A stretch of 60,189 nt of DNA, from assembly GCA_019237595.1 (NCBI GenBank), contig JAFAGU010000054.1, positions 1 through 60,189 of the forward strand, given 5' to 3'. The stretch's first letter is position 1. Every line of letters starts with the position of its first letter. Shown piece by piece: positions 27,481-36,316 of the stretch. A program made the position numbers and the translations under genes. A model generated the notes under the pieces. The model did no database searches. It was not told where the DNA came from and was given only the letters and a program-made list of their open reading frames with translations. This DNA is from Betaproteobacteria bacterium (GTDB lineage Bacteria > Pseudomonadota > Gammaproteobacteria > Burkholderiales > SG8-39).

Positions 27481-28898
27481 GCGGCACGCCTCGCTTCACC
27501 ATCACCGAGCTCGCTCTCTTCGAGCGCGACGTGCGCCTGCGCATGCCGTTTCGCTTCGGCGCGGCGACGCTGAGAGAGGCGCCCCAGGCCTTCGTGCACG
27601 CGCGGATCCGGCTCGAGGATGGGCGCGAAGCCGAAGGCGGCGCCGCCGAGCTCATGGTGCCCAAGTGGTTCGACAAGTCGCCCGAGCGCTCAAACGACGA
27701 GAACGTCGCGGACCTGCGCGCGAGCCTCGCGCTCGCGCGCGAGGCCTACCTTGCGGGCGAGGCGAACACCGCCTTCGGGCATTCGATCGATCACTACGGG
27801 CCCCAGATCGCGCTCGGTGCGCTACGCGGCCTGAACAGCCTCACCGCCTGCTTCGGCCCTGCGCTCGTCGACCGTGCCGTGCTCGATGCGCTCTGCCGGG
27901 CGCTCGGCATCTCGTTCTACCGCGCTATCACGGAAAACGCCGCAGGGATCACGGCGCCGGGCTGGCAGGAGGACCTGCTCGCGTTCGACATGGACGAGTT
28001 CCTCTCGAGCCTCGAGCCACGAACGACCATTGCCGCGCGCCATACGGTCGGTCTCCTGGACCCCATCACCGAGACCGACCTGCGCGAGCCCGTGGGCGAC
28101 GGCCTGCCGGAGACGCTCGAGCAGGTGATCGAGGCCTACGGCCATCGCTGGTTCAAGATCAAGGTGAGCGGAAACGTGGCCGCAGACCTGGAGAGGCTCG
28201 CGGCGATCGCGGCGGTGCTCGATCGCCGCGTCGAGAAATACTGCGTCACGCTCGACGGCAACGAGCAATTCGACGACGCGGAAGCGGCGCTCGCGCTATG
28301 GCGTGCCTTGCGAGCCGATCGGCGCCTGGAGCGCCTGGCGGCGGCGGTCGCGTACATCGAGCAGCCGGTGAAGCGCCAGAATGCGCTCGCAAGCGACGTC
28401 TCGGAGCTCGCCGAGGAGCGCCCGGTCCTCCTCGACGAGTCCGACGATTCGCTCGAGGCGTTTCCGCGCGCCCGCAGGCTCGGCTATACCGGCGTTTCGT
28501 CCAAGACCTGCAAGGGCCTGTACAAGTCGGTTCTCAATGCGGCACGCGCGCGCCTCTGGAATCGCGAGGAGGGCGCCGCGCGCTATTTCCTGTCGGGCGA
28601 AGACCTGACCACCCAGGCGGGGCTCGCGGTGCAGCAGGATCTCGCGCTTGCCGCGCTTCTCGGAGTGGAGCATGTCGAGCGCAATGGCCACCACTACGTG
28701 AATGGCATGAGCGGATCGCCGGCCGCGGAGCAGGGCGTCTTTCTCGAGGCCCATGGCGACCTGTACGAGCGAGGCACGGGGGTCGTGCGCCTTCGCATCA
28801 GGGGCGGCGAACTCGCCATCGCGTCGCTCGATCGCCCGGGATATGCGAGCGGCGCGATGCCGGACTGGAAAGCCATGAGGGAGCTGCGCGCGCCATGA
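27477..28898 (+). CDS. atypical long enolase-superfamily protein (muconate-lactonizing-enzyme-like KxK subgroup)
   Basis: 473 aa. It has KIKV (KxK), DGNEQ, IEQP and LDESD, the three metal-ligand acidic positions in order, followed by SSKTCK. This is longer than typical ~370-aa members. Confidence 0.65.
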   Translation: MSGTPRFTITELALFERDVRLRMPFRFGAATLREAPQAFVHARIRLEDGREAEGGAAELMVPKWFDKSPERSNDENVADLRASLALAREAYLAGEANTAFGHSIDHYGPQIALGALRGLNSLTACFGPALVDRAVLDALCRALGISFYRAITENAAGITAPGWQEDLLAFDMDEFLSSLEPRTTIAARHTVGLLDPITETDLREPVGDGLPETLEQVIEAYGHRWFKIKVSGNVAADLERLAAIAAVLDRRVEKYCVTLDGNEQFDDAEAALALWRALRADRRLERLAAAVAYIEQPVKRQNALASDVSELAEERPVLLDESDDSLEAFPRARRLGYTGVSSKTCKGLYKSVLNAARARLWNREEGAARYFLSGEDLTTQAGLAVQQDLALAALLGVEHVERNGHHYVNGMSGSPAAEQGVFLEAHGDLYERGTGVVRLRIRGGELAIASLDRPGYASGAMPDWKAMRELRAP

Positions 28899-30043
28899 GC
28901 GAAAGGCGGATCGGCATCGCCATGCACGGCGTCACGGGCCGGATGGGAACGAACCAGCATCTCGTGCGCTCGATCCTCGCCATCCGTAGCGAGGGCGGCG
29001 TGCGGCTCCGGGACGGCACGAGGCTCGTGCCGGACCCGCTGCTCCTCGGCCGCGATGCCGGGAAGCTTGCCGCGTTGGCGAAAGCGCATGGCGTCGAGCG
29101 CTGGAGCACCGACCTCGACGCTGCGCTGGAAGGCCCGGACGAAGTGTTCTTCGACGCCGCATCGACCAAGCTGCGCCCCGCGATCCTTCGCCGGGCAATC
29201 GCGGCTGGCAAGCATGTCTACTGCGAGAAGCCGGTCGCCACTTCCACGCGCGAGGCCCTCGTGCTCTACCGGGCAGCGCGCAAGGCGCGCGTGAAGCACG
29301 GCGTCGTGCAGGACAAGCTCTGGCTGCCGGGACTGCTCCGTCTGCGCGAGCTCCGTGACGCGGGTTTCTTCGGTCGCATCCTCTCCGTGAAGGGCGAGTT
29401 CGGGTACTGGGTGTTCGAGGGCGGCGAGCGCCAGGCGCCGCAGCGCCCGTCCTGGAACTATCGCAAGGCCGATCGCGGCGGGATGATCCTCGACATGCTC
29501 TGCCACTGGCGCTACGTGCTGGACAACCTCTTCGGCGCCGTCGAGTCCGTGAGCTGCCTGGGCGCGACGCACATTGCCTATCGCCACGACGAGGCGGGCC
29601 GGCGCTACAAGGCTACGGCCGACGACGCGGCCTACGCGAGCTTCCGCCTCGCGAAGGGCGTGGTCGCGCATTTCAATTGCTCCTGGGCGACGCGGGTTCG
29701 GCGCGACGACTTGCTCACGTTGCAGGTCGATGGCACCGACGGCTCCGCGGTGGCTGGCCTTCGGCGCTGCGTCGTGCAGTCGTGGCGCGACACGCCTCGC
29801 CCGGTCTGGAACCCGGACCTGCCGCAGCCGATCGACTTCTACGCAACCTGGAAGACGCTCGACGACAAGCCGGTCGAGAATGCCTTCAAGGCTCAATGGG
29901 AGCTCTTCCTTCGCCACGTTGCGGGCGAAGGCTCCTTTCGCTGGGACCTGATGGAAGGCGCGAAAGGCGTGCAGCTCGCCGAGCTCGGACTGAAGAGCTG
30001 GCGCCAAAGGAAGTGGGTCGACGTGCCGAGGCTGCGCGCATGA
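28895..30043 (+). CDS. Gfo/Idh/MocA-family NAD(P)-dependent oxidoreductase
   Basis: IGIAMHGVTGRMG Rossmann start and the CEKP motif, with an alpha/beta C-terminal domain. ATGA overlap with the upstream gene. Confidence 0.85.
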   Translation: MSERRIGIAMHGVTGRMGTNQHLVRSILAIRSEGGVRLRDGTRLVPDPLLLGRDAGKLAALAKAHGVERWSTDLDAALEGPDEVFFDAASTKLRPAILRRAIAAGKHVYCEKPVATSTREALVLYRAARKARVKHGVVQDKLWLPGLLRLRELRDAGFFGRILSVKGEFGYWVFEGGERQAPQRPSWNYRKADRGGMILDMLCHWRYVLDNLFGAVESVSCLGATHIAYRHDEAGRRYKATADDAAYASFRLAKGVVAHFNCSWATRVRRDDLLTLQVDGTDGSAVAGLRRCVVQSWRDTPRPVWNPDLPQPIDFYATWKTLDDKPVENAFKAQWELFLRHVAGEGSFRWDLMEGAKGVQLAELGLKSWRQRKWVDVPRLRA

Positions 30044-31212
30044 AGCGCGACCGGATCCTCGGCATTCGGCTGCCGACCGAGGCGGGGTCCGAGGAATTTC
30101 CCGTCCATGCGCCGGGCGCATTCGCGAAGCCTTCCCGACCCTTCACGCGCGTAGCGCTCGCGGCGGCTCACGTGGTCGCGGATCCGCTCTCCTCGAGGGA
30201 GCCGTGGCTCGAGGCGGCAATCGACTGGGACGCGACCATTGCCTACCGCCGCCATCTTTGGTCGTGGGGCTTCGGCGTTGCCGAAGCCATGGATACCGCG
30301 CAGCGGGGGATGGGGCTCGATTGGTCGAGCTCGCTCGAGCTCATTCGAAGGTCCATCGATGCCGCAAAAGGCGTCCCGGGCGCCCATGTCTGGTCCGGCG
30401 CCGGCACCGACGACCTGGCCGGGGACCGGCTTCATTCGCTGGAGAGCATCGCCGCCGCCTACGAGGCGCAGTGCGCGGCGATCGAGAAGCTCGGCGGCCG
30501 GATCATCCACATGGCGAGCCGGGCGCTCGCCGCCGCGGCGAAGGGTCCGGACGACTACGCGCGCGTCTACGACCGGGTGATCTCGCAGCTCCGCGCGCCG
30601 GTGATCATCCATTGGCTCGGCGAGATGTTCGACCCGGCGCTGGCGGGCTATTGGGGACGCTCCGACCATCGCGAGGCGATGAGTGTCTGCCTCGGTGTCC
30701 TGGAGCGCAACAAGGAAAAGATCGAAGGCATCAAGATCTCGCTCCTCGACAAGCACAAGGAAATCGAGATGCGCCGCCGGCTGCCGCATGGCGTGCGCAT
30801 GTACACGGGAGACGACTTCAACTTCGCCGAGCTCATCGTCGGCGATTCCGAGGGACATTCGGAGGCGCTCCTCGGCATCTTCGACGCGATCGCGCCCGCG
30901 GCCTCGCATGCGCTTTCGGCGCTTGCAGAAGGGCGCGCCGAGGCGTGCCTGGAGACGCTCGCGCCCACGGTTCCGCTCTCCCGGCACATCTTTCGCGCTC
31001 CCACGCGGTTCTACAAGACGGGCGTTGTGTTCATGGCGTGGCTGAACGGCCACCAGGACCACTTCGTCATGGTGGGCGGCCAACAGTCGGCGCGCAGCGT
31101 CCTGCACCTCGCGGAGCTATTCCGCCTCGCGGACGCGGCGGGCCTTCTCGCCGATCCGGAGCTCGCCTGCCATCGCATGAAGCGGCTCCTCGCGCTGCAC
31201 GGCATCGAATGA
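30040..31212 (+). CDS. conserved hypothetical protein, probably DUF993-type (function unknown)
   Basis: 390 aa with no catalytic motif I can name. The DUF993 assignment rests on my recollection of length and of the recurrent neighbourhood (Gfo/Idh/MocA + TIM-barrel isomerase). It needs an HMM check. Confidence 0.5.
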   Translation: MKRDRILGIRLPTEAGSEEFPVHAPGAFAKPSRPFTRVALAAAHVVADPLSSREPWLEAAIDWDATIAYRRHLWSWGFGVAEAMDTAQRGMGLDWSSSLELIRRSIDAAKGVPGAHVWSGAGTDDLAGDRLHSLESIAAAYEAQCAAIEKLGGRIIHMASRALAAAAKGPDDYARVYDRVISQLRAPVIIHWLGEMFDPALAGYWGRSDHREAMSVCLGVLERNKEKIEGIKISLLDKHKEIEMRRRLPHGVRMYTGDDFNFAELIVGDSEGHSEALLGIFDAIAPAASHALSALAEGRAEACLETLAPTVPLSRHIFRAPTRFYKTGVVFMAWLNGHQDHFVMVGGQQSARSVLHLAELFRLADAAGLLADPELACHRMKRLLALHGIE

Positions 31213-32804
31213 GCCGGCGAAGCAAGATGGTCTCGTTCGAGGCAGCGGCCAGGCTGGTCCGGGACGGCTCGGTGCTCGCCGTGAGCTCCTCGTCGGGACT
31301 CAATTGCCCGGACCGGATGCTCGCGGCGATCGGCGAGCGCTTCGCCTCCGAAGGCCATCCGCGGGAGATCACGTTCTTCATGCCCATTGCGGCCGGCGAC
31401 ATGTACGGCATCAAGGGGATCGACCACATCGCCAGGAAGGGGCTTCTCCGCCGCGTCGTCGGCGGCTCCTATCCGAGCGGCCCTTCGTCGCTCGAGCCGC
31501 CGGCGATCTGGAAGATGATCAGCGCCAACGAGGTCGAGGCCTACAACTTTCCCTCGGGCGTGCTCTTCGACATGCTGCGCGACGTGGCCGCGCGCCGGGC
31601 CGGCGTGCTGACAAGGATCGGCCTCGACACCTTCGTCGATCCGCGCCGCCACGGCGGCAAGATGAACCGGGCGGCTCGAGAAGACCTGGTGCGAGTGGTG
31701 GAGTTCGGCGGCGAGGAGTGGCTGCACTTTCCCAACGTGCTGCCGAACATCGCGATCGTCCGCGGCACGAGCGCCGACCCGGACGGCAACGTCTCGAGCG
31801 AGCACGAAGGCGCGCCGCTCGGCGCGCTCGACGTGGCGCTCGCAACCCACAACGCGGGCGGCGTGGTCATCGCACAGGTGAAGCGTCTCGTGGATCGCGG
31901 CGCGATCCCAGCGCAGCACGTCGCGGTGCCTTCCACGCTGGTGGACTACGTCGTCGTCGACCCGGACCAGATGCAGGCGACGCAGACGCGCTACGACCCC
32001 GCGCTCTCCGGCGAGGCGAAGAAGCCGCGCGCGTCCTTCGAGCGCGTACCCTTCGGCCCCGACAAGGTCATCGCTCGCCGGGCGGCGCTCGAGCTCGCCG
32101 AGGGCGACGCCGTGAACCTCGGGTTCGGCATCTCGCCGCTCGTGCCGCTGATCCTGCTCGAGGAAGGAGACGACGAGGCGGTCACCTGGGCGATCGAGCA
32201 AGGACCGATTGGCGGCATTCCCGCGGGCGGTTTCGTCTTCGGCTGTGCGTTCAACGCGCAGGCCATCATTCCCTCGCCGCAGCAGTTCACGTACTTCCAG
32301 GGCGCGGGCTTCGATCTCTGCATGCTTTCTTTCCTGGAGATCGACCGCCATGGCTCGGTGAACGTCTCGCAGCTCTCCGCCAAGCCGCACGTCACGGCGG
32401 GCTGCGGCGGCTTCGTCGACATCACCTCCCACGCCCGCCGCATCGTGTTCTCGGGCTATTTCCGGGCCGGTGGGCTGCAGCTCGAGATCGCCGGCGAGCG
32501 GATGAAGATCGCCCGCGAAGGAAGCGTCGCCAAGCTCGTGCCCGAGGTCGAGCATGTCACGTTCAGCGGCCGGCGCGGCCGCGCGCAAGCGCAGGAAGTG
32601 ACCTACATCACCGAGCGCTGCGTCCTGCGCCTCGCGAAGGAAGGTCTCGAGGTCACCGAGATCGCGCCGGGCATCGACCTGGAGCGCGACGTCCTTGCTC
32701 GGGCAGGATTCCCGCTCTCGGTATCGCCTGCGCTGAAGACGATGGACGCGCGCCTCTTTCGCCCGGAGCCGATGAAGCTCGCATTGAAGGAGCGGCGAAC
32801 GTGA
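31209..32804 (+). CDS. family-I CoA-transferase, fused alpha/beta (YdiF / acyl-CoA:acetate-3-ketoacid CoA-transferase-like)
   Basis: 531 aa. The N-terminal half has VSFEAAARLVRDGSVLAVSSS...YPSGP. The C-terminal half has GFGI...IEQGPIGGIP, the position of the catalytic Glu. Confidence 0.8.
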   Translation: MSRRSKMVSFEAAARLVRDGSVLAVSSSSGLNCPDRMLAAIGERFASEGHPREITFFMPIAAGDMYGIKGIDHIARKGLLRRVVGGSYPSGPSSLEPPAIWKMISANEVEAYNFPSGVLFDMLRDVAARRAGVLTRIGLDTFVDPRRHGGKMNRAAREDLVRVVEFGGEEWLHFPNVLPNIAIVRGTSADPDGNVSSEHEGAPLGALDVALATHNAGGVVIAQVKRLVDRGAIPAQHVAVPSTLVDYVVVDPDQMQATQTRYDPALSGEAKKPRASFERVPFGPDKVIARRAALELAEGDAVNLGFGISPLVPLILLEEGDDEAVTWAIEQGPIGGIPAGGFVFGCAFNAQAIIPSPQQFTYFQGAGFDLCMLSFLEIDRHGSVNVSQLSAKPHVTAGCGGFVDITSHARRIVFSGYFRAGGLQLEIAGERMKIAREGSVAKLVPEVEHVTFSGRRGRAQAQEVTYITERCVLRLAKEGLEVTEIAPGIDLERDVLARAGFPLSVSPALKTMDARLFRPEPMKLALKERRT

Positions 32805-33250
32805 GCGCGAAGTGGTATGAGGAGGCCGAGGTGGGCGAGCGCTTCCAGACCGGCGGAATCGTCGTGACGGAGAGCCATGTCATGGGCTTTGCCGGCCTTA
32901 CGGGGGATTTCTTCGACCTGCACGTGGACGACGACTTCGCGCACAAGCTTGGCTTTCCCGGGCGGGTGGCGCACGGCATCCTCGGCCTTGCGATCGTCGA
33001 CGGGCTGAAGAACCGCGCCGAAACGCGCTTCCGCGCCGTGGCCTCGCTCGGATGGAACTGGAAGTTCAGGAAACCGATCCTCATCGGCGACCGCATCCGC
33101 GCCGAGATCGAAATTTGCGGCAAGCGCGAGACGAAGCGCGCCGACCGCGGCATCCTCGTGCTCGAGTTCAAGGTCAGGAACCAGCGCGAGGAGGTGGTGC
33201 AGGAAGGAACGAACGAATTGATGGTCCTGCGGAGGCCGCGTGGCGCGTAA
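32801..33250 (+). CDS. MaoC-like (R)-specific enoyl-CoA hydratase/dehydratase, hot-dog fold
   Basis: GTGA overlap with the upstream gene. It has the GDFFDLHVDDDFA...GRVAHG hydratase-2 motif. Confidence 0.85.
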   Translation: MSAKWYEEAEVGERFQTGGIVVTESHVMGFAGLTGDFFDLHVDDDFAHKLGFPGRVAHGILGLAIVDGLKNRAETRFRAVASLGWNWKFRKPILIGDRIRAEIEICGKRETKRADRGILVLEFKVRNQREEVVQEGTNELMVLRRPRGA

Positions 33251-33980
33251 GCCGGCCGCGCTCGTCACGGGCGGAAATCGCGGCATCGGCCGGGGCATCG
33301 TCCTTGCGCTCGCCGCCCGCGGCTTCGACGTCGTGGTGAACGACCTCGATGAGGATGCGCACGGCGACTTTCCCTTCGTGAGGGGCGATATCGCGAAGCT
33401 CGACGGGCACGCGAAGCTCGTCGAGGACGGCTGGCGCGCCTACGGCTCGCTCGATTGCCTCGTCAACAATGCCGGCGTGCAGGTCAAGGTGCGAGGCGAC
33501 CTGCTCGATGTCTCGGCCGAGAGCTTCGACCGGCTCCTCGGCGTGAACCTGCGCGGCACGTTCTTCCTGACGCAGGCGCTCGCGCGCCGCATGCTCGCCG
33601 AGCAGCGGCAGCCGGAGTCGCCGATGCGCTCGATCATCTCGATTTCTTCGATCAACGCTTTCGTCGTCGGCGCCAACCGCGGCGAATACTGCCTGTCGAA
33701 GAGCGCACTCACCATGATGGTGAAGCTCTTCGCCGTCCGGCTTGCCGATGCCGGCATCCGCTGCTACGAAGTCCGGCCGGGAATCATCCGCACCGACATG
33801 ACGCGCCCAGCGGCCGACCGGTACGACAAACTCATTGCCGAGGGACTTACACCGATCCGCCGCTGGGGCGAGCCGCAGGACGTCGGCCGCGCGGTGGCGA
33901 TGCTCGCGAGCGGCGACCTGCCGTATTCCACCGGCGAGGCGCTGCACGTGGACGGCGGCATGCATATGCAGACGCTATGA
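33240..33980 (+). CDS. SDR (3-oxoacyl / 3-hydroxyacyl-thioester reductase-like)
   Basis: GTG start, 11-nt overlap with the upstream gene. It has TGGNRGIGRG, NNAG and YCLSK motifs. Confidence 0.85.
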   Translation: MARKPAALVTGGNRGIGRGIVLALAARGFDVVVNDLDEDAHGDFPFVRGDIAKLDGHAKLVEDGWRAYGSLDCLVNNAGVQVKVRGDLLDVSAESFDRLLGVNLRGTFFLTQALARRMLAEQRQPESPMRSIISISSINAFVVGANRGEYCLSKSALTMMVKLFAVRLADAGIRCYEVRPGIIRTDMTRPAADRYDKLIAEGLTPIRRWGEPQDVGRAVAMLASGDLPYSTGEALHVDGGMHMQTL

Positions 33981-34744
33981 ACATCAGCGGCGCAACGCGC
34001 GTCTATTGCCTGCTCGGGGATCCGCTGCACAAGGCGAGGACGCCCGAGCATTTCAACGGTCTCTTCGCCCAGCGCGGCATCGACGCGGTGATGGTTCCGC
34101 TCGAGGTGCCCGACGGCGCGCTCGCCGAGGCTTTTTCCGTCCTGAGGAAAGTGAAGAACCTGGACGGCCTGATCATCACCATGCCGCACAAGGCCGGCAT
34201 GGCGGGGCTTGTCGACGAGCTCGAGGCGGGCGGCCGCAACGCCGGGGCCATCAACGCCGCGCGGCGCGGCGGCGACGGTCGCTGGCGAGGGGACATGTTC
34301 GACGGCCGGGGCTATACCGGTGCGCTCGCCGCGCGCGGCGTCGATCCGCGCGGCAAGCAAATACATCTGATCGGGGCGGGCGCCGTGGCGAGAGCCATCG
34401 GCTTCGCGCTGCGGGAAGCGGGCGCGGGTGCCTTCACGCTCGTGGACGTCAACCGATCGCGCGCGGCGGCGCTCGCCGGTCTGCTCGAAGCGCGCGTCGC
34501 CGACGAACCCGAAAAGGCGGACGTCGTCGTCAATTGCACGCCGCTCGGCATGAAGGAGGGGGATGCGCTTCCGTGCGATCCGGCGCGGATTTCGCCGGCC
34601 GCCGTCGTGTCCGACGTGACGACGAAGCCCGAAATCACGCCGTTCCTGTCCGCTGCCCGGGCCCGCGGCCACACGGTCACGACCGGGCGCGACATGTTCG
34701 AGGCGCAAGGCGAGCTCATCGCAGGCTTCTTCGGCTGGCGATGA
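33977..34744 (+). CDS. shikimate-dehydrogenase-family (AroE-like) dehydrogenase with altered substrate clamp
   Basis: GDPLHKARTPEHFN replaces the canonical GNPIxHSKSPxxHN. The catalytic Lys (ITMPHK) and Asp (MFDG) are retained. It has a GAGAVARA dinucleotide motif; 255 aa. Confidence 0.75.
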   Translation: MNISGATRVYCLLGDPLHKARTPEHFNGLFAQRGIDAVMVPLEVPDGALAEAFSVLRKVKNLDGLIITMPHKAGMAGLVDELEAGGRNAGAINAARRGGDGRWRGDMFDGRGYTGALAARGVDPRGKQIHLIGAGAVARAIGFALREAGAGAFTLVDVNRSRAAALAGLLEARVADEPEKADVVVNCTPLGMKEGDALPCDPARISPAAVVSDVTTKPEITPFLSAARARGHTVTTGRDMFEAQGELIAGFFGWR

Positions 34745-35166
34745 AATTCTTCGTCGAGATCGGCGAGAGCGCCGAGTTCACGAAGTCCATCGGCGCCGAG
34801 GACCTCGCGCGCTTTGCCGAGCTGAGCGGCGACTTCGACCCGATCCACATGGACGACGCCTATGCCGCGGCTTCGCGGTACGGGCGGCGCATCGCGCACG
34901 GGATCCTCGCCATGGCGCCGCTCTCCGCCGTCTCGGCGATGATCAGCCGGCGCGCCAAGGAGCGCGGCTCACCCGGTGTCTCGGTCTCGATGGGCTACGA
35001 CCGCATCCGCTTCCTCAAGCCGGTGTACATGGGCGACACGCTTACCGCGCGCTACACCATCCAGTCGCTCGAAGGCGACCGCAGCCGCTCGAAGGTCGAG
35101 GTGCTGAACCAGGCCGGCGAGCTCGTCGTCGCCGGCGAGCACATCATGAAGTGGCTCCCCGAGTGA
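34741..35166 (+). CDS. MaoC-like dehydratase, hot-dog fold (second copy)
   Basis: ATGA overlap with the upstream gene. It has the GDFDPIHMDDAYA...RRIAHG motif. Confidence 0.85.
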   Translation: MKFFVEIGESAEFTKSIGAEDLARFAELSGDFDPIHMDDAYAAASRYGRRIAHGILAMAPLSAVSAMISRRAKERGSPGVSVSMGYDRIRFLKPVYMGDTLTARYTIQSLEGDRSRSKVEVLNQAGELVVAGEHIMKWLPE

Positions 35167-36305
35167 GCGACCCGGCGAGGCTCCTGCGCGAGACGGTCCG
35201 GCGTTTCGCGGACGAACGGATCCGCCCGCTCGCCCGCGAGCTCGACGAATCGGAGCGCTTCCCTGCGGAGCTCTACGTCGAGATGGCGAAGCTCGGGCTC
35301 TTCGGCATCACGGTTCCCGATACCGTCGGCGGGGCCGGCATGGACGTCGCCTCCTATGCGGTGGTCATGGAGGAGCTTTCGCGTGGCTACGCATCCGTGG
35401 CCGACCAGTGCGGCCTCGTCGAGCTCGTAGGGACGCTCCTCGCCGAGCATGGCTCGGAGGACCAGAAAGAACGCTATCTCAGGCCGCTTCTCGCGGCGAA
35501 GCGACGCTGTGCCTATGCCCTGACCGAGGCGGAAGCCGGCTCGGACCTGGCCGGACTGAAGGCGTTTGCCGAAAAGCGCGGCGACGGATGGATCCTCGGC
35601 GGCGAGAAGATGTGGATCCACAACGCGCCGGTCTGCGATTTCGCCGCCGTCCTCGCCCGCACGGACAAGGGCGCCGGGCACCGCGGGATGAGCATCTTCA
35701 TCGTCGACCGGGACCTGCGCGGCGTGGCGGCGGGCAAGAAGGAGCACAAGATGGGGCAGCGAGCGTCGCAGGTGGGCGCGCTTGCCTTCACCGACGTGGC
35801 GCTTCCCGCTGCCGCCCTCCTCGGCCCGGAGGGGCGCGGCTTCTACATGATGATGAGCGTCCTGGACAAGGGTCGCGTGGGCATCGCGGCGCTCGCGCTC
35901 GGAATCCTTCAGGCGGCGCTCGACGCCTCGGTCGAGCACGCGCGGCTGCGGCGGCAGTTCGGCCGCGCGATCGCGGAATTCCAGGCGGTGCAGTGGATGA
36001 TCGCCGACATGGCGAAGGACGCGCATGCCGCGCGGCTCCTTGTGCGCGACGCCGCGGCGAAGCTCGACGCCGGCGAGCGCGCCACGATCGAGGCTTCGAT
36101 CGCGAAGTGCTTTGCCTCGGACGCGGCGGTCGCGCACACGGCAAACGCCGTGCAGGTCCATGGCGGCTCGGGCTACATCCGCGGCTTCGAGGTCGAGCGG
36201 CTTTACCGCGACGCAAAAATCACCCAGATCTACGAAGGGACAAACCAGATTCAGCGTATGATCATCGCGAGGCAGGTCCTGGGTAACCAGGCTGTTAATT
36301 CCTGA
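35151..36305 (+). CDS. acyl-CoA dehydrogenase
   Basis: YALTEAEAGSD, GGEKMWI, and the C-terminal catalytic-Glu motif IYEGTNQIQ. GTG at 35163 would give a GTGA overlap and is an equally good start. Confidence 0.9.
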   Translation: MAPRVSDPARLLRETVRRFADERIRPLARELDESERFPAELYVEMAKLGLFGITVPDTVGGAGMDVASYAVVMEELSRGYASVADQCGLVELVGTLLAEHGSEDQKERYLRPLLAAKRRCAYALTEAEAGSDLAGLKAFAEKRGDGWILGGEKMWIHNAPVCDFAAVLARTDKGAGHRGMSIFIVDRDLRGVAAGKKEHKMGQRASQVGALAFTDVALPAAALLGPEGRGFYMMMSVLDKGRVGIAALALGILQAALDASVEHARLRRQFGRAIAEFQAVQWMIADMAKDAHAARLLVRDAAAKLDAGERATIEASIAKCFASDAAVAHTANAVQVHGGSGYIRGFEVERLYRDAKITQIYEGTNQIQRMIIARQVLGNQAVNS

Positions 36306-36316
36306 GGAGGAATTCA

